This document shows, piece after piece, positions 1 through 11,570 of a DNA stretch of 32,000 nucleotides. A model generated the notes under the pieces. The model searched no databases and had not been told where the DNA came from. It saw only the letters and a program-made list of their open reading frames with translations. The translations under genes were made by a program, and so were the position numbers. The stretch's first letter is position 1, and every line of letters starts with the position of its first letter. The stretch comes from Salmonella phage P22. The stretch lies in sequence record NC_002371.2. One strand, 5' to 3'.

Positions 1-1
1 T

Positions 2-334
2 AACCAGCTTTCAGCAATCGCCCCAACACTTGGTCAGCAATGGCTGTCAGGTCAGATGAATAACTATCAGAACCTTGCAAATATTGGTCTTGGTGCGCTT
101 CAGGGGCAGGCAAACGCCGGACAGACATATGCCAACAATATGAGTCAGATTTCACAGCAAAGCGCGGCTCTTGCAGCGGCAAATGCCAACAGACCATCAG
201 CTATGCAATCTGCTATTGGCGGAGGTGCGTCTGGTGCGATTGCTGGGGCTGGACTTGCGAAATTAATTGGTTCATCAACTCCGTGGGGTGCTGCCATCGG
301 TGGTGGTATTGGTCTGCTTGGCTCGTTGTTTTAA
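2..334 (+). CDS. 7: DNA ejection (injection) protein gp7, C-terminal part, truncated by window start
   Basis: Frame is open from base 2 (NQLSAIAPTLGQQWLSGQMNNYQN...) through the 56..334 ORF; Ala/Gly-rich hydrophobic C-terminus; directly upstream of gene 20 as in P22. Confidence 0.85.
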   Translation, partial: NQLSAIAPTLGQQWLSGQMNNYQNLANIGLGALQGQANAGQTYANNMSQISQQSAALAAANANRPSAMQSAIGGGASGAIAGAGLAKLIGSSTPWGAAIGGGIGLLGSLF

Positions 335-344
335 GGGGTAATCA

Positions 345-1760
345 ATGGCTACGTGGCAGCAGGGCATTAATTCAGGTGGTTTTCTGGCTGGCATTGGTGC
401 GCAAAATGAGAACGCACCAAAGGCAAGAGATATTAACGCAACGCTGGGTCTGATTCGCGAAAACAATGATTTAGCCCGTTCAGGCGCTAATAATGTGGCT
501 TTAACAGGGCTGCGTGGTCTGGCTGGCGTTGCTGATATTTATAACCAGGAACAGCAACAGAAAGCGCTAAACGCATTCAACCAGGTTCATGCCAACGCAT
601 GGGCTACTGGTGACCCGTCTGGCCTGTTTAAGTTTGCTCAGGAAAACCCTGCGTTTGTTGCGCAGGCACAGCAGGCGTTTTCCGGTCTTAATGAGCAGCA
701 GCGTAACGATATGGGCGATTTAGCTATGAAGGCTAACGTCGCTCTTTCTCAGGGGCCGGAAGCCTACAGTAAATTCATTACTGATAACAAGGACAGGTTA
801 AATCGTGTTGGCGCTAATCCGGACTGGATGATACAGACTGGAGTGCAGAATCCAGAACAGCTATCACACATGCTGACTACGATGTCCCTCGGTGCGCTTG
901 GACCCGAAAAGGCGTTTGCTGTTCAGGATAAGATGGTTGGCCGTGAGATTGACCGAGGCAGGCTGGCTGAAACAATCCGCAGCAATAAAGCCGGTGAGGG
1001 GCTTCAGGCTCGCGGGCAGAATATAACAATGCGTGGACAAGATATGTCAGCGGCAACAGCACGACGCGGTCAAGATTTGGCAACGCAAAGAGCAAACGCC
1101 AGAACGATATCAGGCAGCGAAGGAAATCGGGTCGTTCAGCTTGCAGACGGGCGAACAGTCAGCGTCGGTGGAAAACTTCACGGCGCAGGGGCGAATGCGT
1201 TTTACGAAGGTATTGACGATAACGGCAATATGGTTCGTGTCCCGGCAAGCGCCATTGCCGCACCTCCAACGTCTGCGGCAAGCGCACAGAACTACGCAAT
1301 GAAGAAAGACATTGATGCAATCGCAAATGCAGATGCTTCTGCTCTCGATTTCATGACTGGAATGACTGGCGGAGCAGGAAATCCGGCAATTGGTGCAGAT
1401 GTTCGCAGCCGACTCACAGGCAAAGAGCAACGCCAGTTATATAACTCCGCACAACGTATTCAGGGAAGAATGCAGAATCAGGGCGTGGCAGCAGCAAGAG
1501 ATATGGGCGCTAGCGGTATCAACACCATTGCAGAAGCGAAGATGTATTTTCAGGGGATGCCGCAGGTTGACTACTCAAGCCCGGAGGCTATGCAGCAGTC
1601 TATTCGTGAGATTCAGGAATACACCAACAATTATAACCAGCAGTACAACGTTAATGTTGGTAATGGTGGGCTGAAATCACCAAGGCAGCAGCCAGATACT
1701 CAGCAATCAGCCGGAGGAAGTTACACGTCTAAATCTGGCATTAAATTCACGGTGGAATAA
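345..1760 (+). CDS. 20: DNA ejection protein gp20
   Basis: 471 aa ORF; sequence and position between genes 7 and 16 match P22 gp20; RBS-like aagggg upstream. Confidence 0.93.
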
Positions 1761-3589
1761 TGAAAGTTACCGCTAATGGCAAGACATTCAACTTCCCTGA
1801 TGGAACCAGCACAGAAGACATCGGCGCTGCAGTTGATGAGTATTTTGCAGGGCAGGCATCAGCAGCAGAAACACAACCAGCAGAACAGCAGGAAGAACCA
1901 CAGCAGCCTGAACAATCCCTGATGCAACGGGCTGGTGACTTACTCACTGGCGGCCAGTCAGCAGGCCAGATTGCAGAGCAGGCTGGGCGTGGGCTCGTAA
2001 ATATCCCGTTTGATGTATTGCAGGGCGGCGCGAGTCTCATTAACGCAATCAGCCAAGGGTTAGGCGGCCCGAAAGTGCTGGATGACGTGTATCGCCCGGT
2101 AGATCGCCCGACTGACCCATATGCGCAGGCAGGAGAATCCATTGGCGGGTATCTAATTCCAGGCGCTGGCGTCGCTGGCAACATGGCGATCGGCTCAGTG
2201 GCTGAGGCAGCCAATCAGCAGGGAGATTTTGCTGGCAACGTTGCGAAGAATGCCGCGGTAAACCTCGGCGCTCAGGGGCTACTTTCTGGCGCAGCTAAAT
2301 TAGTCGGGCGTGGCATTACTGCAGCAAGAGGTGAGATTGCACCAGAGGCCAGACAACTGATTGATACCGCTGAGAGTATGGGTGTTAAGCCCATGACGTC
2401 AGATATGATCAAGCCTGGCAATGCCTTTACTCGCAGCTTAATGCAAGGTGGTGAAGGTGCGTTGCTTGGAACGGGAGGAAAAAGAGCAGAACAGTACGCT
2501 ATCCGCAGCAAACTTCTAGGCGACTATTTCGACCGAGTGGGAGGATACAATCCTGATGATATCGTTAAGTCAATGACCAGTACAGTAGGAGGGCGTAAAA
2601 ATGCGGCAGGAGCAGTAAGAGATGAAATAGTAAATAGAATGGGAAGCGCTCCAGTGGGAACCACCAATTCAATTAATGCAATTGATACAAATATTGCAAG
2701 ACTTGAGAAGCTCGGCACATCAGCGGACCAGAGGCTTTTGACAGCGCTTAAAAATCTAAAGGGGGAATTGAATAGCGGGAATGTTGATTTTGATCTCCTG
2801 CAACAGCATCGCACTGCATTCCGCACCAATGTTCAGGGTGATGCGATGGTATTCCCAAATCAGGCCAAGGCTGCAACTAACATGGTTGAAAATGCAATGA
2901 CTCGTGATTTGCGCAATGCTGTCGGTAAATCACTAGGGCCACAAGATGCAGCAAAATATCTCAAATCCAACTCAGACTTCGCAAACATTTACAATAAGGT
3001 TCTGAATAAGCGCATCTCTAATACGCTAAATAAAGCCAGAAGCGAATACACACCCGAGCTTATTAACACCGTTGTTTTCAGTCGCAAACCGTCAGATATA
3101 AAGCGCATATGGAGCTCCCTGGATAACAAAGGAAAGGACGCAATGCGAGCTGCATACATCAGCAAGATTGCTGAAAAAACTGGTGATTCTCCAGCTAAGT
3201 TCATAACCGAAGTAAACAAATTAAAAGCGCAATCCGGAGGTGAGATTTACAACACCATTTTCAGCGGACGACACATGAAGGAACTTGATGCGCTTCATGA
3301 TGTGCTGAGACAAACAGCTAGGTCTGATTCGGCAAATGTTGTCACACAGACGGGGCAGGCGCTGGCAAATCCGGTAAGGCTTGGCGCTGCAATTCCTACT
3401 TTAGGTAAGTCACTCGCAGCAGAGGCCGGCTATGGCTTGGCAATGAGGGTGTATGAGAGCAAGCCAATAAGAAATATGCTACTCAGGCTGGCTAACACCA
3501 AGCCGGGCACACCTGCATATGAGCGTGCGCTGAATCAGGCCGCTACTGCAGTGCGCCCTCTTTTAGCTAACGAAGCTACCCGGCAGTAG
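1760..3589 (+). CDS. 16: DNA ejection protein gp16
   Basis: 609 aa ORF overlapping the gene 20 stop; matches the P22 gp16 arrangement. Confidence 0.93.
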
Positions 3590-3611
3590 CGCTATAAGCC
3601 AAGGACGGCAT

Positions 3612-4094
3612 TTATTTTATAGTTTTTATGAATTCTTTATTAAATCCATTCGCTTCTCCGGGGTATCTTCCAAAGACAATTTTTATAAAAACAGAAAAAA
3701 TAAAGATAGCAATGCTTAACAACAATTGCAGTATCATTGGAACCCAAAGAACAACAGGCTCTATATTCATGAAACCAAATATTCTTCCTGCGATCATGGC
3801 AAAGTACCACACTGTTATCAGCAAACTTAGTGGTATATGAATTACTGATATTATCAATCCAAGGGCATCAGTAATTCTGTTTTCAAATCTTTCAGGGGAA
3901 AACTTTTCTTTAAGGTAATTGAGTACGTAGGCCTCATTCTCTGGATTTTTAGCATTTTTCCCTATTGCAATAGAAACCTCAGATATCCTTGATTCAAGTC
4001 TTTTACGTTTAATAAAATTAGAAAAAAACAACCACGCAATCTGCAATCCTATCCCCAGAAATAGAGTTGCGGCAACTAGCACAGCATAACTCAT
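3612..4094 (-). CDS. sieA: Superinfection exclusion membrane protein SieA
   Basis: Internal start [16 protein letters not shown]... gives 160 aa with several hydrophobic helices; position right of gene 16 in immI as in P22. The longer 236 aa ORF is probably an upstream over-extension. Confidence 0.88.
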
Positions 4095-4136
4095 AGAATC
4101 AGACACACCAACCTCCTTAGTTTTGTGCAGGATACC

Positions 4137-4502
4137 ATGAAAAAAGTTAACATTGGAAACGTACCAAAGATGCTCGTTCCGCTCTTTGAGAGCGGTACAA
4201 TTGTGTTTTGTAGAGACTTTCCAGAATGGCAACGCCTGCATCAAAAACTTGGTGTGGACGTGCAGGACTCGGATGCCAACGGAGCGTCTCATACAATGAG
4301 CAGCGAGAATGGTGTTTTGCATGTGATAGGCGTGTTCAATGGCAAACTATCTACTATTGCCCATGAGTGCGCTCACATGGCATTCGATATCTGCTCAAGG
4401 GTCGGTGTTGATGTTGAACCAGGAAGAGCCAACGAGACTTACTGCTACTTAATGAGCAGGCTTGTTGAGTTCTGCGAGCGACATATCAAAAAGCCGGAGT
4501 GA
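4137..4502 (+). CDS. Uncharacterised protein with HEXXH-type motif ([11 protein letters not shown])
   Basis: About 121 aa from [11 protein letters not shown] (ORF track starts 4125); divergent from sieA; contains HECAH followed by a downstream NET motif. Confidence 0.75.
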   Translation: MKKVNIGNVPKMLVPLFESGTIVFCRDFPEWQRLHQKLGVDVQDSDANGASHTMSSENGVLHVIGVFNGKLSTIAHECAHMAFDICSRVGVDVEPGRANETYCYLMSRLVEFCERHIKKPE

Positions 4503-4515
4503 CCCGGCTTGATTA

Positions 4516-4695
4516 TTACTTTTTGCTGTCTGGAGTTCGCTTATCTAATACCCAGCCATTACCTGGCTTTGTTGTTGGTGGAAGCCTTTCGTTGTCCTTG
4601 ACGGTGGCAAAATTGTCTTTCTTACCGCCTCGCGGGCCAACTTCTTGGTATATTCCGCCGTTTTTTCCTGTGTTTTCACCTGGTTTTTTCGCCAT
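4516..4695 (-). CDS. Small YjzC-like protein
   Basis: MAKKPGENTGKNGGIYQEVGPRGGKKDNFATVKDNERLPPTTKPGNGWVLDKRTPDSKK; GENTGK...GIYQEVGPRGG...RLPPTxKPGxxW resembles the YjzC family. ORF track begins upstream at 4710. Confidence 0.65.
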   Translation of the reverse strand: MAKKPGENTGKNGGIYQEVGPRGGKKDNFATVKDNERLPPTTKPGNGWVLDKRTPDSKK

Positions 4696-4785
4696 GATAT
4701 ACCTCAACATACACCCGTTATTGGGCGATTAAATATTGATCTCATTTTATAAGTAGTCAATATGGCCCAGGTAAATGCAAAAATT

Positions 4786-4808
4786 AACCCGCCGTCAGGT
4801 GGTTTTTT
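4786..4808. terminator. Putative bidirectional hairpin terminator at the 3' end of mnt
   Basis: CCGCC-GTCA-GGTGG followed by TTTTTTT on +; A/T-rich tract on the other side (aaaaattaa). Confidence 0.55.
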
Positions 4809-5046
4809 TGTACAAATCCTTCAGCGTATCAAACACCATCTTCTTAACAAGCTCTGACTGCTCATCAGCGAGTCGTTCTGCATCGTTGCGATATCCAGTC
4901 ACAGGCGATGGTTTTGATAGAGCATCTTGGACGATTTGTAACAACTCGGAGTTCATTGATCTCCCATTCGCCTCCGCCCTGAATTTTAATTTCTCCCTGA
5001 CTTCCATAGGCATACGGAAGTTAAAGTGCGGATCATCTCTAGCCAT
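4795..5046 (-). CDS. mnt: Mnt ribbon-helix-helix repressor
   Basis: MARDDPHFNFRMPMEVREKLKFRAEANGRSMNSELLQIVQ... 83 aa, recognisable P22 Mnt; start codon at 5044-5046 (complement). Confidence 0.97.
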   Translation of the reverse strand: MARDDPHFNFRMPMEVREKLKFRAEANGRSMNSELLQIVQDALSKPSPVTGYRNDAERLADEQSELVKKMVFDTLKDLYKKTT

Positions 5047-5068
5047 GCCATCACTCCAAGTTAGTGTA

Positions 5069-5097
5069 TTGACATGATAGAAGCACTCTACTATATT
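5069..5097 (+). promoter_or_regulatory. Pant promoter
   Basis: TTGACA (5069-5074), 17 bp spacer, TATATT (5092-5097). Confidence 0.85.
5074..5094. promoter_or_regulatory. Arc operator
   Basis: atgatagaagcactctactat, the known 21-bp Arc operator, lying between the -35 and -10 of Pant. Confidence 0.9.
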
Positions 5098-5103
5098 CTC
5101 AAT

Positions 5104-5120
5104 AGGTCCACGGTGGACCT
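5104..5120. promoter_or_regulatory. Mnt operator
   Basis: AGGTCCACGGTGGACCT, symmetric 17-bp Mnt operator. Confidence 0.9.
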
Positions 5121-5136
5121 GTATTGTGAGGTGAAT

Positions 5137-5298
5137 ATGAAAGGAATGAGCAAAATGCCGCAGTTCAATTTGCGGTGGCCTAGAGAAGTATTGGATTTGG
5201 TACGCAAGGTAGCGGAAGAGAATGGTCGGTCTGTTAATTCTGAGATTTATCAGCGAGTAATGGAAAGCTTTAAGAAGGAAGGGCGCATTGGCGCGTAA
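5137..5298 (+). CDS. arc: Arc ribbon-helix-helix repressor
   Basis: MKGMSKMPQFNLRWPREVLDLVRKVAEENGRSVNSEIYQRVMESFKKEGRIGA, 53 aa. Confidence 0.97.
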   Translation: MKGMSKMPQFNLRWPREVLDLVRKVAEENGRSVNSEIYQRVMESFKKEGRIGA

Positions 5299-5366
5299 AG
5301 TTGAAGCCCCAACTGCGGTAACAGTCAGGGCTTCGGTTGTCAGTAAATCCTTGGAGAAAAACCAAC
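5298..5366 (-). ncRNA. sar: sar antisense RNA against the ant ribosome-binding region (approximate bounds)
   Basis: arc-ant intercistronic region with stem GAAGCCC (5303-5309) / GGGCTTC (5328-5334); known location of P22 sar RNA; exact ends not determined from sequence. Confidence 0.6.
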
Positions 5367-6269
5367 ATGAATAGTATAGCAATTTTAGAAGCAGTTAACA
5401 CCTCTTACGTGCCGTTTAATGGACAGCATGTTCTTACCGCTATGGTGGCTGGAGTTGCCTATGTAGCTATGAAGCCAGTCGTGGATAACATTGGTCTCTC
5501 ATGGTCATCTCAGGTGCAAAAGCTTCTGAAAATGAAAGATAAATTCAACTATGTCGATATCGACATGGTTGCTGGAGATATGAAGAAACGTCTCATGGGA
5601 TGCATCCCACTGAAGAAACTTAACGGCTGGCTGTTCAGCATTAACCCTGAGAAAGTTCGTGCAGACATCCGTGACAAACTGATTAAGTACCAGGAAGAAT
5701 GCTTCACCGTTCTGTATGATTACTGGACGAAAGGTAAGGCTGAAAACCCGCGTAAGAAAACATCTGTCGATGAGAGGACGCCGCTTCGTGATGCTGTAAA
5801 TATGCTTGTAAGCAAAAAGCATCTGATGTACCCAGAAGCTTATGCAATGATCCATCAGCGTTTCAATGTGGAAAGTATTGAAGAACTGGAGGCGTCTCAG
5901 ATACCGCTGGCCGTAGAGTACATCCACAGGGTAGTGCTTGAAGGTGAGTTCATTGGCAAACAAGAGAAGAAAACCAACGATCTTTCTGCAAAAGAAGCAA
6001 ACAGCCTTGTATGGTTATGGGATTATGCCAACCGCTCACAGGCGTTATTCCGCGAACTGTATCCTGCAATGAGACAGATTCAATCTAACTATTCAGGAAA
6101 GTGCTACGACTACGGCCATGAATTCTCGTACATCATTGGAATAGCGAGAGACGTTTTAATTAATCACACGCGAGATGTTGATATTAATGAACCTGACGGG
6201 CCAACGAATCTTTCCGCATGGATGAGACTTAAGGATAAAGAGCTTCCACCTTCATTACATCGCTACTGA
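5367..6269 (+). CDS. ant: Antirepressor Ant
   Basis: [37 protein letters not shown]..., 300 aa; follows arc. Confidence 0.95.
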
Positions 6270-6287
6270 CAGATAACCAACGCAACG

Positions 6288-6312
6288 ACCCAGCTTCGGC
6301 TGGGTTTTTTTA
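6288..6312 (+). terminator. Intrinsic terminator after ant
   Basis: ACCCAGC-TTCG-GCTGGGT followed by TTTTTT. Confidence 0.85.
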
Positions 6313-6317
6313 TGCCC

Positions 6318-6447
6318 AAAATTCACCGTAGCCACGCTTAGGTAATGAGCTTGAAGGAGAGACCTACAAAAAAATTGTAGGTCGAAAAGCGAACAAAATA
6401 ACTTCCGAAAAAGTTGTTTTATCACAAAAAATTCACCGTAGCCATGC
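6318..6447. repeat. Pair of about 20-bp direct repeats between ant and the tailspike gene
   Basis: aaattcaccgtagccacgct (6318-6337) and aaattcaccgtagccatgct (6428-6447), flanking inverted repeat gacctac...gtaggtc. Confidence 0.85.
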
Positions 6448-6479
6448 TGCGGCAATTCCTTGCATCTGGAGCAAATTAA

Positions 6480-8483
6480 ATGACAGACATCACTGCAAAC
6501 GTAGTTGTTTCTAACCCTCGTCCAATCTTCACTGAATCCCGTTCGTTTAAAGCTGTTGCTAATGGGAAAATTTACATTGGTCAGATTGATACCGATCCGG
6601 TTAATCCTGCCAATCAGATACCCGTATACATTGAAAATGAGGATGGCTCTCACGTCCAGATTACTCAGCCGCTAATTATCAACGCAGCCGGTAAAATCGT
6701 ATACAACGGCCAACTGGTGAAAATTGTCACCGTTCAGGGTCATAGCATGGCTATCTATGATGCCAATGGTTCTCAGGTTGACTATATTGCTAACGTATTG
6801 AAGTACGATCCAGATCAATATTCAATAGAAGCTGATAAAAAATTTAAGTATTCAGTAAAATTATCAGATTATCCAACATTGCAGGATGCAGCATCTGCTG
6901 CGGTTGATGGCCTTCTTATCGATCGAGATTATAATTTTTATGGTGGAGAGACAGTTGATTTTGGCGGAAAGGTTCTGACTATAGAATGTAAAGCTAAATT
7001 TATAGGAGATGGAAATCTTATTTTTACGAAATTAGGCAAAGGTTCCCGCATTGCCGGGGTTTTTATGGAAAGCACTACAACACCATGGGTTATCAAGCCT
7101 TGGACGGATGACAATCAGTGGCTAACGGATGCCGCAGCGGTCGTTGCCACTTTAAAACAATCTAAAACTGATGGGTATCAGCCAACCGTAAGCGATTACG
7201 TTAAATTCCCAGGAATAGAAACGTTACTCCCACCTAATGCAAAAGGGCAAAACATAACGTCTACGTTAGAAATTAGAGAATGTATAGGGGTCGAAGTTCA
7301 TCGGGCTAGCGGTCTAATGGCTGGTTTTTTGTTTAGAGGGTGTCACTTCTGCAAGATGGTAGACGCCAATAATCCAAGCGGAGGTAAAGATGGCATTATA
7401 ACCTTCGAAAACCTTAGCGGCGATTGGGGGAAGGGTAACTATGTCATTGGCGGACGAACCAGCTATGGGTCAGTAAGTAGCGCCCAGTTTTTACGTAATA
7501 ATGGTGGCTTTGAACGTGATGGTGGAGTTATTGGGTTTACTTCATATCGCGCTGGGGAGAGTGGCGTTAAAACTTGGCAAGGTACTGTGGGCTCGACAAC
7601 CTCTCGCAACTATAATCTGCAATTCCGCGACTCGGTCGTTATTTACCCCGTATGGGACGGATTCGATTTAGGTGCTGACACTGACATGAATCCGGAGTTG
7701 GACAGGCCAGGGGACTACCCTATAACCCAATACCCACTGCATCAGTTACCCCTAAATCACCTGATTGATAATCTTCTGGTTCGCGGGGCGTTAGGTGTAG
7801 GTTTTGGTATGGATGGTAAGGGCATGTATGTGTCTAATATTACCGTAGAAGATTGCGCTGGGTCTGGCGCGTACCTACTCACCCACGAATCAGTATTTAC
7901 CAATATAGCCATAATTGACACCAATACTAAGGATTTCCAGGCGAATCAGATTTATATATCTGGGGCTTGCCGTGTGAACGGTTTACGTTTAATTGGGATC
8001 CGCTCAACCGATGGGCAGGGTCTAACCATAGACGCCCCTAACTCTACCGTAAGCGGTATAACCGGGATGGTAGACCCCTCTAGAATTAATGTTGCTAATT
8101 TGGCAGAAGAAGGGTTAGGTAATATCCGCGCTAATAGTTTCGGCTATGATAGCGCAGCGATTAAACTGCGGATTCATAAGTTATCAAAGACATTAGATAG
8201 CGGAGCATTGTACTCCCACATTAACGGGGGGGCCGGTTCTGGCTCAGCGTATACTCAACTTACTGCTATTTCAGGTAGCACACCTGACGCTGTATCATTA
8301 AAAGTTAACCACAAAGATTGCAGGGGGGCAGAGATACCATTTGTTCCTGACATCGCGTCAGATGATTTTATAAAGGATTCCTCATGTTTTTTGCCATATT
8401 GGGAAAATAATTCTACTTCTTTAAAGGCTTTAGTGAAAAAACCCAATGGAGAATTAGTTAGATTAACCTTGGCAACACTTTAG
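6480..8483 (+). CDS. 9: Tailspike protein (O-antigen endorhamnosidase)
   Basis: 667 aa; N-terminal head-binding domain [52 protein letters not shown] and receptor-binding domain both recognisable as P22 gp9. Confidence 0.97.
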
Positions 8484-8492
8484 ATATGTAAT

Positions 8493-8519
8493 AAAAATGG
8501 GTGTAAACACCCATTTTTA
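8493..8519. terminator. Bidirectional terminator between convergent gene 9 and gtrC
   Basis: AAAAATGGGTG-TAAA-CACCCATTTTT. Confidence 0.85.
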
Positions 8520-8541
8520 TTTTATGTTAAATATTCTATAG

Positions 8542-9999
8542 CTAATTAAACCTAACAACTATGGTTTCCCCTACAACACCAATATCGTATACGTTATTAC
8601 CAGATTTTTTCCACCCATTTTCAAGTTTAACCTCTTTGTCATATAGTCTGTAATTTCTGGAAAACACATTTCTTTGCATTAACACCTCTGACCACATCCA
8701 ATCATTGTTAATAATGCGTGGTATTAACTCTCTCATTAAAGGATGCTTTATTACTATGTTTTCATTTATTGGTGCATACGGTTCTGTGCCAATGAATTTT
8801 ATATTTTTTTTGTCTCTTCCAAATCCAAGATAATCTATGTCTTGAGATATTCTATTTACAATGCTTTCCTCAAGCTGAAACTGTGCATTTATGGCATTGT
8901 AAGCACCATAAGAAAATATTGTTGATATTAAAAGAATAAAAGAAAAATATATTCTTGATATTAACTGTTTATCTTCAAAAGCATAGAATACGCATAGGCA
9001 ACAAAAAAACATAAAGCCACCCATACCAATCAATACCCTCGGTGCGTATATTGGTGATTTTAGAAAAATCATTGGTCCAATGATGAAGAACATTGATGCT
9101 AATAAAATTAAAACTACTAGCAATAACTTTGTTTTCTTATTTTCATCTCTTTTGATTGCTTTTAAAACTATGACTATCAAAGAAATGATTAGCGCAAAGA
9201 ATAGCGAGTAGTAGATTAAGTAATTATCGCCATTCAAGATCGTGCTAAACATTCTATAAAATGATAAGACGTTAGAAATTATCCCTTCAAATAAACTTGA
9301 GTTTATCTCTATAATCTTACTATGTTCGATATTGTAAGAACCTGTTACAAGTCTTTTTGCAATAAAGTAAGAATAGGCAAAATATCCTACTATTAAACCA
9401 GCGACAGAAGATGCTGTATTTTTTGTGATATTTGAAATTGAGTTTTTCTTAACCACATCTGAAATTATAAAGGCCAACAAGAATATTGCGTAAGTATTCA
9501 GCGCAGCCTGATAAAGACTAAGGAATGCAATGGTTAAAATGGATGATATTATGATATTTATAGGCTTGTATTGATAAGCGACATACGATGAGATAATAGA
9601 TATTGCCACACTCATGCACATTGTTAATGAATCATATCTATATGATAGATTTTCAATAAAGAATGGGTTTGCCAAAATCATCATAAAACAAAGAGATGCT
9701 GTGATGTAGTCATCTCCAAACAGCTTTTCCCTGATGCAGGATAGTGCCAATGCTAAAATAACTATCCCTAGCATTAAAGGTAGCGGAGAAGCATCTATAA
9801 TTGGGGTTCCAAAATTAATGATATAGAAAATAAAGTCGGAAAGTGGGCGACCATTGCCTGACCAACCCAACCCGCCATATAAAGACCTACCCAAGTCATC
9901 AACGAAAAATGATTGATGTGTCAATAAAGGAAATGTATATATAATCGCCAATCCAAGAAAGATTGATATAAATATCCTGTCATTACTATTAAATTTCAC
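8542..9999 (-). CDS. gtrC: O-antigen glucosyltransferase GtrC (serotype specific)
   Basis: 485 aa polytopic membrane protein, last gene of the gtrABC set. Confidence 0.88.
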
Positions 10000-10921
10000 T
10001 TTTAAAACCCTTACGCTTTAATATGTATTTAGGCCGCTGTTTGGTTTCTATGTAAATTCTACCAATATATTCTCCAAGAATACCTATTCCTATCAATTGA
10101 ACGCCACCCAGGAAAAGAACAGAAACAAGAAGAGACGGGTAGCCAGGAACATTATTTCCAAATATTAATTTATCAATAATCATCCATGCACCGTAAAGGA
10201 ATGACATACCTGCAATAAACAATCCAATGTAAGTCCATATGCGGAGCGGAAATGTTGAGAAAGAAGTTATTCCCTCCAGCGCCAGGTTCCATAATTTCCA
10301 GCCGTTGAATTTCGAATCACCGGCCACGCGTTCGGCACGGGCATATTTAACAACATCCGTTTTTCCGCCAACCCAACTGAGCACACCCTTCATAAACAAG
10401 TTGCGTTCTGGCATTTGTTTGATGTTCTCGACAACCGCACGGCTCATTAACCGAAAGTCGCCAACATTTTCTTCGATTTTTGGATTGCTGATTTTATTGT
10501 GCAGCTTATAAAACCACTCAGCTGTCTTACGCTTCATGCGCCCGTCAGTTGAGCGGTCTGAGCGCTTAGCCAGCACCATATCCGCGCCAGCCTGCCACTT
10601 CTCAATGAGATGAGGGATAACTTCTATCGGATCCTGTAAATCGACATCAATAGGAATGACCGCATCCCCGGTTGCATGGTCGAGACCCGCGAAAAGAGCA
10701 GGTTCTTTACCGAAGTTTCGCGTAAACGAAAGCGGAATAACGAGCGGATCAGATGCAGCTATTTTGTTAATTATTGATTCAGTCGCATCTTTACTACCAT
10801 CATTAATAAAAACGATCTCAATTTCATATTCTTTTAGCTCATTAAACTCACGTACCGTTTTATAGAAAATCGGTATCGTGTCTTCTTCGTTAAAAACTGG
10901 AACGACAAGAGAGATTTTCAT
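9989..10921 (-). CDS. gtrB: Bactoprenol glucosyltransferase GtrB
   Basis: [26 protein letters not shown]..., GT-A family 2 motifs and two C-terminal TM helices; 310 aa from internal start. Confidence 0.93.
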
Positions 10922-11280
10922 CTTATATCCCTGAAAACAATGAATCTGGAATAGATAAAGCCGCATACCAGGCTAATTGCCGAGAAAGTGATAAGGGTAA
11001 TCAATGGTGGCAAGGAACATTGGTCAGCCATCCAGCCAACAACAGCGCTCAGTGTTCCCATGAATCCCACATACATCATGTAGCGAAGCGTGGTGGTGGT
11101 GGCATTAAAGGTGAAACGCGCATTGGCATAGAAGCTGAACGATACGGCGATAACAAAACCGGAAAAGTTCGCCAGCGCCTGATGCGTATGCATCCCATAC
11201 ACACAAAAAGCAAATACGCCCCAATGAATAAGCGTGTTAAGAACACCGATCGATGTGTACTTAGCGAATAACTTCAACAT
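10918..11280 (-). CDS. gtrA: Bactoprenol-linked glucose flippase GtrA
   Basis: 120 aa with four hydrophobic segments; overlaps the gtrB start. Confidence 0.93.
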
Positions 11281-11334
11281 TATGAAAATCAGCGGATTCG
11301 GAAAGGTCTGAAGTGTAGCACTACAAATTGTTTT

Positions 11335-11415
11335 GATCGATACAAGCGATCAATAATGTATAATTTGATAGTTTTTATCTATATAATGCATGTTAATTGA
11401 TCGTTGTTACCGATC
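11335..11415 (-). promoter_or_regulatory. gtr phase-variation control region (Dam GATC pairs plus OxyR-like half-site)
   Basis: GATC at 11335, 11348, 11399, 11412 (two pairs, each 13 bp apart) and ATAGTTTTTATCTAT (11368-11382) matching ATAGnTnnnAnCTAT. Confidence 0.8.
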
Positions 11416-11570
11416 AATTTTTATTGCTGATTGCTAAGTGGTTTGGGACAAAAATGGGACATACAAATCTTTGCATCGGTTTGCAAGGCTTTGCATGTCT
11501 TTCGAAGATGGGACGTGTGAGCGCAGGTATGACGTGGTATGTTGTTGACTTAAAAGGTAGTTCTTATAAT

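Noticed and set aside
877-1674. Antisense and out-of-frame ORFs inside genes 20 and 16 (e.g. 877..1095, 1110..1430, 1747..2214)
   Set aside because: They lie wholly within well-supported coding genes, lack recognisable domains, and have compositions typical of shadow ORFs.
6255-6653. Minus-strand 132 aa ORF spanning the ant-gene 9 gap
   Set aside because: It covers the ant terminator, repeats and the start of gene 9; better explained by those features.
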